Origin: Asterias rubens
Taxonomy: Eukaryota
Direction of reading: 5' to 3'
DNA length: 64,000 nucleotides
NCBI RefSeq assembly: GCF_902459465.1
Contig: NC_047081.1
Location: 11,036,001-11,100,000, forward strand
The notes below the pieces were generated by a model, which was given only the letters and a program-made list of their open reading frames with translations, made no database searches and was not told the origin of the DNA. The stretch's first letter is position 1. Each line of letters opens with the position of its first letter. Of the stretch, positions 39,898 through 51,915 are shown piece by piece. Both the position numbers and the translations under genes were made by a program.

Positions 39898-41198
39898 CAT
39901 GATGAATATGAATAAAAAACGTGATGAATATTTATGTGAGTGGAGAATGATTCAACTGGTGCTGGGGACAAGTGGATGGTTATCATCACTGCATGCAGAA
40001 TAGTTGTTTGGTAATTTCATGAATATTAGATGAGTAATATTCATGGTTTTTTTTATAGAGTATGACTGGATCAGAAACTTTTTCTGATGAATATTCAAAG
40101 CAATATTTTATTACTTGAGAAACTGATTGGATATCAGGTTTGTTCTATGAATATTCAATAATTTCCTTGTCTGAAATATATTTTGAGCTGAATTGAGTGA
40201 GAGAAGGAAGCATTTCATTGGACAGTGTCACTATTGTGCTAATTATTGATTCATGAATTATTCAGAATGTAGGATTGGATTGGAAGAAGCGTTGTTGATG
40301 GGAGAGACCATGGTAAGAGGATGTTTTTCATCAAGAAAGTAAAAGCAAATAATATATATATATACATGTACATTGTATTCTTAGGGAGTTGTATGAAACT
40401 AATGTTATTTAAGGGTTATTTTTATTTTATTTTTAAACACTCTTTCTAAGTCACGTGGAATTATGAGATAAACATCTACCTTCTGTCTGCATAGGGTCAT
40501 TGTGTGTAAGACATGCGGACAATATTGGTCATTACCAAAGTATTTATGTGGCCAAACATGAAATATAAACAAACCTATGAAAGCAGTCTCTGAAATCTTG
40601 AGAAAATAGTGAAAACCCTTATCATATATGGACATATGGACACATCACTGTTTTGAATTCGCAAGATAAAAGTAAATTGTTTTATTCATTTCTCAAAAAC
40701 TATATTATTTCATACACAAATATTTTCAGGGAAGTTTTTTCACCATGAGCATCATCATTATACTAATTCGGTGAACATAAATTCATATTTTTGATCCTAA
40801 ATTGCAAGGAAAGGGTAACTGCAGATTATTTTCTTCAGTGTTTCATTTACTTGTAATCACACTAGATTAACTATTTTAGCCCCAAAGTGTCTTGAAAAAA
40901 ATTAATTCTTAAAGTAATTGCCATGTACATCCGAGTCGGCATCCAAAACAGTCCGTGTTGCGCCCTCTACCAGTCACAAATGCAAAAACCAGCGACGTCA
41001 ATCGAGACTTGTAAAGCGACCGACACGCCGTCACATCTATTGCCCTTTTAGGAATCACGGTTTCTCCAGACTCGGCTCCGCGGTTGTTTTGACTGTTAAT
41101 TCCGCGTGCTTTGCATTCGCGCTCGGTACTTAAGGTGAGAGGTTGGAGCCTGAAGCCAAATCCGTGGATTTGAAAAGGGCAATGATCTAGCAATCTGA

Positions 41199-44100
41199 TC
41201 ACCAGTCGGTTACGGGGCGAACCTTCCGCCACTCGGCGATGACTGGGTCGGCCGCCACGCGGTCGAACACGGCCTGCAGCTTCGGGTACTTGGCCAAGGA
41301 ATTGGTAAAGTAGATGTCGACACCCTCGACCATGCACAGGAAATGTACATCGGCTGCTGTTATCTGTATGAGGGTTCGAGGGAAGAGGAAAATAAGCAGT
41401 TGAAGAGTTTGTGAACGCTGGCAGTTGGACATTTTCCAACTATGTTTCATAAAATCAGTCATGAATATGTACCGTGACGAATTAGACTTGAAGGTTTGCA
41501 TGTTGTAAGGAAAGAAGGAATGTTTTGTTTTGCGGTAGATAAATCTCTTTTGAGTGACGATGGTTCTGAAAAGAACCAGCCCTTGATTTCATCAAGCTCA
41601 TAGTGTAGGGTTTGCGATGCGTCGCGCACCGAAGATACGTCGTTGCTACGTCGTTGCTGCGACGAGTTCTACAATCGTTTTACCAATGCTCGTGGGGGTC
41701 AGCAGAGCTCCGTCCCCCACGAGCCTCCACGGAAGACGCGGCCCGCGGACAGCTTCAATTGGCTAGAAGTGCACCAACAATATTTGTGCGCCCACCCTCA
41801 TAACATGTAATGTGTCGTTGCCTGAATACCCGTCTGCGTGCCGTCCAAGGCTTACCTTATTTCCAAAGAAGAAGTCCCCTGCGTGGTCCAGCTCCAACAG
41901 GCTTACCAACCGGTCAAAGATTACTGGAATCTCAACCTCGCTGAAATGCTTGATGTTTTTCGCCTTGAAGGTTAATTACCAAATAAAATATGGTGAATAC
42001 AGTACTTGTGTTTTCATCAAAGAGAAATACAAACAGACACAAAAACATGAGAATTCTGCACTGATGGCCCGAACTAATTTAACTTTGTACGCCTTAACAA
42101 CTTTTTCTTTCAAAGAATTTATCAGAAAATTGGGTCATACCAAAAAACAATGGATTTAGTGGGGTGTATATATACATGTCCGGTCGTGCATCTCCGAATA
42201 AAGAAAACCCAACACAATGAGTGTTCATAAATAACAGTCAATAAATATAATCGAACTTCTGACTGGGAGTCGAGGCCTTATTAATCATTAATCAAACTAA
42301 TGACGTGGCGTCGAGGCCATATTTTGAACCACAGTCTCCGAGAGCGGTCGTAGACACTGTGCTGGGAGGAACGGCCGACCGAGTGTCCTTTTGCGAAAGC
42401 TGCCGCTTAAAATGCGGTTGATACCCCGGCCTACAAAAACTCGCTCAATGTTGATGGATTCGACTCGGCGTTCGTATTTTCTGATATAGCATCAATTGAC
42501 AAAAAAACACCCGAAAGTGATGGGACTGACGGTTTATAAATGAAGCCCATCCCCCATCCTAAAACCAATTGTATTCCTCGCACCCTTCCTTTCGTACCTT
42601 TTCCTCCTCGTTGGTGGAATACCAAACAACATGCCATGGCGGCACCGCGTCATCAATGGTGTCAATCACCATATCGATGCACAGGGCATCCAGTTCATTC
42701 TTGCCAAAGAGACCTACACAAGCAGACAATAAAACAATGTATGAGAATAAAAGTAAACTTAATTTCGGGTACAATCATGTATAATCTCATTTGAGGGGGA
42801 GTGTTTGCTCTGAAAAGAGTCGGTTAAGGTTTGTCGTTCTCGTCATCAGTCTTAAACTAGTCCACAGTATGCATCCGACGATGTGACCTTTGTTTACATT
42901 CAAACCGCCCTCTGTTGACAAAACACTATATACGTCATGTTTGGCCGGGCACTGAGTTGCGTAGTCATAGTAAGATTGCATACACTTTCTAGCTTGCTGC
43001 CAAAACACAAAGGTTTTGCCCGGCGGTATGCGCGCGAATCATGTTATGGTTTTCGTGTGACGTCAGAGGTCACATCGTCCCGCACTAGCCTTTTTATACA
43101 AATATCCTTGTGGAGTACACTATACTTGCTTTCCTTGTTTTGTGTTGACCTTGGTCTCCCATATCGAATACAAAGGGTTGTGCGGGTCTTTGTACCGTAT
43201 TTACAGCGTTTTATTATTCTTGCCGCTTTTGAAACTGGGGTTGATTGTGTGGGCCACTCCTACCACCGGTCTCAAAAAAAGTGTAATCACCATCCCTACT
43301 ATCGGGCAATCCCAGTTCCAGAGCCATAGTTGGGCCTTTTCAACTGTGAACACTCAAGTTGGGCGCGGTCCCAACTACAATTGGGACGATTCTATAGTTG
43401 GGCCGTGACAGCGATACGAGAAATGATTGCCCTCACCACACGTTCTTGCCACGTAGTTTATGATGGACTTGCTCTGGTTGTATTGCTTGCCGTCGATTTC
43501 CAGAGCGGGAAGTTGCTTGGTTGTAATGGCTGTAAAGGAAAAGTATCATCATGGCAATTATAGTATAATTATAATTTTGGAGTAACTTTAGAATACAGGG
43601 CCACACTCGGCGATAGCCCTAACTCTGACCCTATCCCTAACCCAACCCTAACATGCCTAACCCTAACCCTAATGGCCTAACCCAACCCTAACCCTAACCA
43701 TGGAGAGGCTCTGTATTCTATAATTGTATTGCACACATTCCATTAGGCTACACAAAAAGCGCATAACACCGAGCTCTAACACGGTTACATGGTTACACAC
43801 TGACACAGTCGTTTCGTTCCGGGCCACTACTCAGCTGTATTTTTTTTATAAAAAGCATTGACTAGTACGTTTCGGGACCGTGTCCTATGCAATGTTTTGT
43901 TCAAACATAATGGACAATTGAATCGCGTTTTTGAGATACCGAATCTGGAATAGGCCGGGGCGAATACATCCTAACACCGGAACAAAAATCCCTTATAATA
44001 GCGTTACCGCGTAGTGCTTCTGACATTCTCTTTTCAGGCATATAATATAGACCTTTTATCTTTTGCAAGAACTGCATTATTTACTTATTACTAGTGAAAT

Positions 44101-44368
44101 GTTTCTCAAAATGTTTATCAAACGCTGCTGTAAGCTTCTAACAAAAAATTGTGGAAAAGTTTCCGTATGGGGCCACCACTTTTTCATTCGATATGAAATC
44201 ATATCGTATATAATTATTCTTTGTAAGAATCTTACTTGGTTTGATCTGTGGCCACTCGTCCGATTCGCACCGTGAGTCTTCGAACTCAGTCTTGCCGAGC
44301 TTGAACAACATCCGGATGGTCTCAGCCCTACCTCTGCCATCGAAATACTTGAGCTTGTAGTGCGGCAT
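41199..44368 (-). CDS. Sigma-class glutathione S-transferase (HPGDS-like), copy A; exons 44368-44236, 43529-43437, 42713-42598, 41963-41856, 41363-41199 (204 aa)
   Basis: MPHYKLKYFDGRGRAETIR (Tyr8, Arg14), EW (Trp39), KQLP, NQS, DMVIDTIDD and ITAADV. All junctions are GT-AG and in phase; 615 nt total. Confidence 0.93.
43589..43720. mobile_element. Small TIR element containing telomere-like (CCCTAA)n repeats (copy in B at 49942-50074)
   Basis: tagaatacagggcc ... ggc(t/c)ctgtattcta termini enclose degenerate ccctaa units. Confidence 0.75.
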
Positions 44369-45189
44369 GTTGTCTGACAGCTTGAGACGAGTAGTCCTGG
44401 TATAATAGGGTAGCGCAGCTGATGGGTATAGTAACACTGGGGGGTATACAGCAATACTCTTAGCTGATAAATACACGGTTCTGTACGATACAACAGCTGA
44501 AGGTGCAGCAATGGGTTCGACCTCGACACGTCACACTTGTTACAACGGTTCTAGCATAATTAAGGTAGCCCCACCGCCCCCCCCCCCCAATATGCCCTGA
44601 GGGCAGGCTTGTTTGAGTGTGGTTCAATATTTAACAGACAATCATAGCATACAGTGCAAAATGCTAACAAAAACAGTTTTTAGAAACTAATTTAGAAGTG
44701 GCACCTCTTTTTGCACTCAAAGCACTGTATTTTTTTATCCATTGTTAAAGTATGTGGGAGGTCCCAGTGCCCATTACTCTCCTTCCAAAAGGAAAAATGT
44801 CCCTGTACCGCTAAGCAAAACAGACTATCTTGTTGAGCTCTCGAAATCGGTCTAATATCTCGAGGGCCTTTAAAAAAATTCAAAATTAGGCACTCTCGTT
44901 TTCTCCCTGGTTAGTGGGTGCACCCTTGGGCAACGCCCCCTCCCATTGATGTAAGTGCCCCGCCCCAATTCGAAGGCTGGATTTTTGAGCTTGAATACCG
45001 TATTTGATCGAAAACGGCAACAAATTATTGATCTTTGCTGAATCAATTCTCCGGTTCTTTTCATTTACCGTAATTTTCAGTAATTTCTGCATAGGCCTAT
45101 ATGAAACGTTGCACTCTCAGCATCGGTTTGTTTTGATTTGTAAATATAATTATTTGTAAAGAAATCTACGTTTGTGGACAGTCAAGAAA

Positions 45190-45640
45190 CTTCAATCAAG
45201 CAATCGATTTCAATCAGTCGATATGTCCACCAATCAATCAATCAAGCTGTGTGCTTTTATGCAACACTGCATCTATGAAGTTCCGTTAATTTCCAAGTCA
45301 CTCCGTTCCGATTATCATACTGTTTTCGACAACATTGTTCGTTGCCCAATTAATTATTTGTTTTGTAAATTCTCTACATTTTGTGTATGATAACAAGATT
45401 GATAAAAAAGTCAAAAGGAAAATCGATAAATCAATCCATCAACCGTAGTCTTCCAATCAACTTACTCAATTTGGTAAATGAATCTATACCAATAATTAAT
45501 CACGAATCAATCTATTTATCCACCGACCCATCAATCAATATTGTATTCTCTATTCAATTAACCAGTCACCGATCAAGTACACAATCAGTCGATAAACGTA
45601 CAAATCAGTTAATCAATAGTCACTAATCAAACAAATCCAA
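45190..45640. repeat. Degenerate (AATC)n-rich low-complexity region (also ~52730-53148)
   Basis: Repeated caatcaatc/aatcgat tracts. Confidence 0.7.
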
Positions 45641-46046
45641 CTGACGTTTAAAGAAAAATGAATCCCTACTGCTTAAGTTCTTAAAAACCAATATGACCGG
45701 TTTGAAATATAAATCTCTTATACTTTTATTTGGAAACAAACCTTTGTCTCCTAACGACTGTAAACCAGGCCAAGATGATTTGCTTAAATTGTAATAGTGA
45801 GCACTAATTGCTGGGCAGTCGCTGGTGGCTCATAGATTTACTTTGTAGACCTGATGCACATTACGTCCTTTGAGTTGGGCGCCCTCAACTAGAGGGCAAA
45901 AGAAGGTTGCCCATTGGCCAATCTTGTGCGTTGCGCGTTCATTTATGTCTGTTTTCCATTGATTCATCATCGTTTGATCTGGAAGATGGTGGTGTCACTT
46001 TATGTTTCAAGAGGTGAATTTTCCATTTCCTCTTTTTATACACCAG

Positions 46047-46180
46047 GCGGAAATGGATACATCAACGATTACCCAACCGGGCGGTTACTAAGAGACGCTA
46101 AGCTGTATGAGATCGGGGCGGGAACCAGTGAGATTAGAAGACTAATCATTGGTCGAGCCCTCAATGCGGAATATAAGTAA
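46047..46180 (+). CDS. IVD: Second copy of the IVD terminal exon (identical peptide), with intact acceptor and AATAAA at 46192
   Basis: tttttatacaccag|gc gga aat...gaa tat aag taa encodes [44 protein letters not shown]. Whether it is used is unknown. Confidence 0.6.
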
Positions 46181-47546
46181 ACCTCATGAATAATAAACAT
46201 AATGAATATTTATGTGGTTGGAGACTGATTCTATTGGTGCTCTGGGAACAAGCAGAGGGTTGTCATCTCTGTATGCAGAATAGGTTTATGGTAATGTCAT
46301 GAATATTCAATGAGCACCTGGTAAAAATTCATGTGTTTTCATAGATTAAAACCGTTTACTTTTTCTGATGAATATTCAAAGCAATATTTTATTACTTGAG
46401 AAACTGATTGGATATCAGGTTTGTTCTATGAATATTCAATAAGTTCCTTGTCTGAAATATATTTTGAGCTGAATTGAGTGAGAGAAGGAAGCATTTCATT
46501 GGACAGTGTCACTATTGTGCTAATTATTGATTCATGAATTATTCAGAATGTAGGATTGGATTGGAAGAAGCGTTGTTGATGGGAGAGACCATGGTAAGAG
46601 GATGTTTTTCATCAAGAAAGTAAAAGCAAATAATATATATATATACATGTACATTGTATTCTTAGGGAGTTGTATGAAACTAATGTTATTTAAGGGTTAT
46701 TTTTATTTTATTTTTAAACACTCTTTCTAAGTCACGTGGAATTATGAGATAAACAGATAAACATCTACCTTCTGTCTGCATAGGGTCATTGTGTGTAAGA
46801 CATGCGGACAATATTGGTCATTACCAAAGTATTTATGTGGCCAAACATGAAACATAAACAAACCTATGAAAGCAGTCTCTGAAATCTTGAGAAAATAGTG
46901 AAAACCCTTATCATATATGGACATATGGACACATCACTGTTTTTGAATTCGCAAGATAAAAGTAAATTGTTTTATTCATTTCTCAAAAACTATATTATTT
47001 CATACACAAATATTTTCAGGGAAGTTTTTTCACAATGAGCATCATCATTATACTAATTCGGTGAACATAAATTCATATTTTTTTGATCCCAACACCATTG
47101 TCTGTACCTTTTGTGGCCCATTTAAGCAGGACTTATCGTATAAATTGCAAGGAAAGGGTAACTGCAGAATATTTTCTTCAGCATTTCATTTACTTGTAAT
47201 CACACTAGATTAACTATTTTAGCTTCAAAGTGTCTTGAAAAAAATTAATTCTTTAAGTAATATTGCCATGTCCATCCGAGTCGGCATCCAAAACAGTCCG
47301 TGTTGCGCCCTCTACCAGTCACAAATGCAAAAACCAGCGTCGTCAATCGAGACTTGTAAAGCGACCGACACGCCGTCACATCTACATTTGTATTGCCCTT
47401 TTCAAATTCACGGTTTCTCCAGGCTCCGCGGTTGTTTTGACTGTTAATTCCGCGTGCTTTGCATTCGCGCTCGGGACTTAAGGCGAGAGGTTGGAGCCTG
47501 AAGCCAAATCCGTGGATTTGAAAAGGGCAATGATCTAGCAATCTGA

Positions 47547-50500
47547 TTACCAGTCGGTTACGGGGCGAACCTTTCGCCACTCGGCGATGACTGGGTCGGC
47601 CGCCACGCGGTCGAACACGGCCTGCAGCTTCGGGTACTTGGCCAAGGAATTGGTAAAGTAGACGTCGGCAACCTCGACCATGCACAGGAAATGTACATCA
47701 GCTGCTGTTATCTGTATGAGGGTTCGAGGGAAGAGGAAAATAAGCAGTTGAAGAATTTGTGAACGCTGGCAGTTGGACATTTTCCAACTTTGTTTCATAA
47801 AATCAGTCATGAGTATGTACCGTGACGAATTAGACTTGAAGGTTTGCATGTTGTAAGGAAAGAAGGAATGTTTTGTTTTGCGGTAGATAAATCTCTTTTG
47901 AGTGACGATGGTTCTGAAAAGAACCAGCCCTTGATTTCATCAAGCTCATCGCAAGAAGCAATGCATCGTGTAGGGTTTGCAAAGCGTCGCGCACCGAAGA
48001 TACGCCGTGGCTGCGACGAGTTCTACAATCGTTTTACCAATGCTCGTGGGGGTCAGCAGAGCTCCGTCCCCCACGAGCCTCCACGGAAGACGCGGCCCGC
48101 AGACAGCTTCAATTGGCTAGAAGTGCACCAACAATATTTGTGCGCCCACCCTCATAACATGTAATGTGTCGTTGCCTGAATACCCGTCTGCGTGCCGTCC
48201 AAGGCTTACCTTATTTCCAAAGAAGAAGTCCCCTGCGTGGTCCAGCTCCAACAGGCTTACCATCCGGTCAAAGATTACTGGAATCTCAACCTCGCTGAAA
48301 TGCTTGATGTTTTTCGCCTTGAAGGTTAATTACCAAATAAAATATGGTGAATACAGTACTTGCGTTTTCATCAAAGAGAAATAAAAACAGACACAAAAAC
48401 ACGAGAATTCTGCACTGATGGCCCGAACTAATTTAACTTTGTATGCCTTAACAACTTTTTCTTTCAAAGAATTTATCAGAAAATTGGGTCATACCAAAAC
48501 ACAATGGATTTAGTGGGGTGTATTCATGTCCGGTCGTGCATCTCCGAATAAAGAAAACCCAACACAATGAGTATTCATAAAAAACAGTCAATAAATATAA
48601 TCGAACTTCTGACTGGGAGTCGAGGCCTTATTAATCATTAATCAAACTAATGACGTGGCGTCGAGGCCATATTTTTAACCACAGTCTCCGAGAGCGGTCG
48701 TAGACACTGCTGGGAGGAACGGCCGACCGAGTGTCCTTTTGCGAAAGCTGCCGCTTAAAATGCGGTTGATACCCCGGCCTACAAAAACTATAAATGTTGA
48801 TGGATTCGATTCGGCGTTCGTATTTTCTGATATAGCATCAATTGACAAAAAAACACCCTAAAGTGATGGGACTGACAGTTTATAAATGAAGCCCATCCCC
48901 CATCCCAAAACCAATTGTGTTTCTCGCACCCTTCCTTTCGTACCTTTTCCTCCTCGTTGGTGGAATAGAAAACAACATCCCATGGCGGCACCACGTCGTC
49001 AATGGTGTCAATCACCATATCGATGCACAGGGCCTCCAGTTCATTATTGCCAAAGAGACCTACACAAGCAGACAATAAAACGATGTATGAGAATAAAAGT
49101 AAACTTAATTTCGGGTACAATCATGTATAATCTCATTTGAGGGGGAGTGTTTGCTCTGAAAAGAGTCGGTTAAGGTTTGTCGTTCTCGTCATCAGTCTTA
49201 AACTAGTCCACAAATTAGTTACCAGTATGCATCCGACGATGTGACCTTTGTTTACATTCAAACCGCCCTCCGTTGACAAAACACTATATACGTCATGTTT
49301 GGCCGGGCACTGAGTTGCGTAGTCATAGTAAGATTGCGTACACTTTCTAGCTGGCTGCCAAAACACAAAGGTTTGCCCGGCGGTATGCGCGCGAATCATG
49401 TTATGGTTTTCGTGCGACGTCAGAGGTCACATCGTCTAGCCTTTTTATACAAATATCCTTGTGGAGTACACTATACTTGCTTTCCTTGTTTTGTTTTGAC
49501 CTTGGTCTCCCATATCGAATACAAAGGGTTGTGCGGGTCTTTGTACCGTATTTACAGCGTTTTATTATTCTTGCCGCTTTTGAAACTGGGGTTGATTGTG
49601 TGGGCCACTCCTACCACCGGTCAAAAAAAAAAAGAAGTGTAATCACCATCCCCACTATCGGGCAATCCCAGTTCCAGAGCCATAGTTGGGCCTTTTCAAC
49701 TGTGAACACTCAAGTTGGGCGCGGTCCCAACTACAATTGGGACGATTCTATAGTTGGGCCGTGACAGCGATACGAGAAATGATTGCCCTCACCACACGTT
49801 CTTGCCACGTAGTTTATGATAGACTTGCTCTGGTTGTATTGCTTGCCGTCGATTTCCAGAGCGGGAAGTTGCTTGGTTGTAATGGCTGTAAAGGAAAAGT
49901 ATCATCATGGCAATTATATAATTATAATTTTGGAGTAACTGTAGAATACAGGGCCACACTCGGCGATAGCCCTAACCCTAACCCTATCCCTAACCCCAAC
50001 CCTAACATGCCTAACCCTAACCCTAATGGCCTAACCCAACCCTAACCCTAACCATGGAGAGGCCCTGTATTCTATAATTGTATTGCACACATTCCATTAG
50101 GCTACACAAAAAGCGCATAACAAAATAATTGGAGATGATCAAAATGTCACACAACTGGTAAAAGCAAGGAAAACTCACAATCCGGATTTGTTTTCTTTTT
50201 TTAACAAGGGCCTATAAAGGTTGATTCTGAATCTGCTGTTACATTTTCAGCCTTTTGAGAAATTATGGACACATAGGATTGCACTGTTTGGTATATATTA
50301 ACAGACAGATTAATGCGAACATTAGTCTAATTATGTTGTGACTTATGTCCACCATATAATTATTATATAAAAATGGCTTCATGCAAATAGATGAATTGCA
50401 CATAACGTCACATATCCCAAAATCCTCTCTGAATTACAAAAGTTCGCCATTTTGATAAGTTATTATTGACCCTTTTTACAACTTCATAAAATAAAATGAA

Positions 50501-51915
50501 CCCCATAAAAATATAAAAATAAAATTAAGTGATCTAAAATTTATAGCAACCGCATGATAATGGCCAATCAATCACACATCGTTAAAAAGACACTTTGCAA
50601 AATACAATTAGCCATTAAAAAGTTTATTTCTTGCCACTTTTTTGTCGATACAGTTATACCCGGACATTAACACGCACACATTCAAGTGATCTGTGTACGG
50701 CCCGAGACTGTGTGCACTTTTTGTTCAAACATCCCAAAGCAGTGGGACCGCTGACGAATTAAAGAGTAATGTACTTTTTTTTAATACACATTCATTTACT
50801 TCAGTAGGGGTTTGCAAATTTCTAATCACAACCTTATCTAAAAAACCAACAGATAAGACCGAGCTCTAACACGGTTACATGAATACACACTGACACAGTC
50901 GTTTCGTTCCGGGCCACTACTCAGCGGTATTTATAAAAAGCATTTCGGGACCGTATCCTATGCAATGTTTTGTTCGAACATAATGGACAATTGAATCGCG
51001 TTTTTGAGATACCGAATCTGGAATAGGCCGGGGCGAATACATCCTAACACCGGAGCAAAAATCCCTTATAATAGCGTTACCGCGTAGCGCTTCCTGACAT
51101 TCTCTTTTCAGGCATATAATATAGACCGTTTATCTTTTTACAGAACTGCATTATTTACTTATTACTAGTGAAAAAAATGTTTCTCAAAATGTTTATCAAA
51201 CGCTGCTGTAAGCTTCTAACAAAAAATTGTGGAAAGGTTTCCGTATTGGGCCACCACTTTTTCATTCGATATGAAATCATATCGTATCTAATTAACATCA
51301 ATGGGATATCCCTTTCTGTAAAAATGAGTGAAAAGTGGTGGCGCCATACGGAAAGTTATCCAAAATGGTATTGCCATTTTACAAAATTCCCTTCGGAAGC
51401 GGAAAAGTCATGCTCCTTTGTAAAGGGCATGAACCTTGCTCCTTAGCGATTGTAGTTCCACCGATACTGGTAGGTACGTCGAATCACACTTTATCATGTT
51501 CAGCCCACTCCCTTAACCATTAACCTTCTGTGAAAAGGGCGGTAGCGGATGCTTGCAGTAACGGAAAAGAGCAGCATGGTGTAACAAAATGTCGGTTGAC
51601 ACACCCAAGGGCCTCCCAGACTCGTTTTGGTCATGTTGGTTTAAATTTTGCACACAAAAACCCCGAGACGACAGCACTCCATTGCAGAAGGCCTCACATC
51701 CTGTATACTGTGGCGTGTTTGAACCCAAATTCGAATCCCTTGATTTGTCATGCTATATAATTATTCTTGGTAAGAATCTTACTTGGTTTAATCTGTGGCC
51801 ACTCGTCCATTTCGCACCGTGAGTCTTCGAACTCAGTCTTGCCGAGCTTGAACAACATCCGGATGGTCTCAGCCCTACCTCTGCCATCGAAATACTTGAG
51901 CTTGTAGTGCGGCAT
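47547..51915 (-). CDS. Sigma-class glutathione S-transferase, copy B; exons 51915-51783, 49885-49793, 49059-48944, 48317-48210, 47711-47547 (204 aa)
   Basis: Same exon sizes (133/93/116/108/165), splice sites and catalytic residues as copy A; intact ORF. Confidence 0.92.
51231..51361. mobile_element. 131-bp MITE with an 8-bp TSD (aaaattgt / aaaatggt); truncated counterpart in copy A at 44153-~44208
   Basis: Same TIRs as 2513-2644. Confidence 0.85.

Larger units (their letters stand above)
39390..45610 (+). repeat. Tandem segmental duplication, copy A (~6.2 kb)
   Basis: Begins tataaatctcttatacttttatttggaaacaaacc and ends acaaatcagtt; colinear with 45708-53148. Confidence 0.95.

Noticed and set aside
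40909-41439. 176-aa and 146-aa (47245-47685) minus-strand ORFs
   Set aside because: Alternative-frame read-through of GST exon 5 into the 3' UTR; the frames differ between the two duplicates, so they are not conserved.
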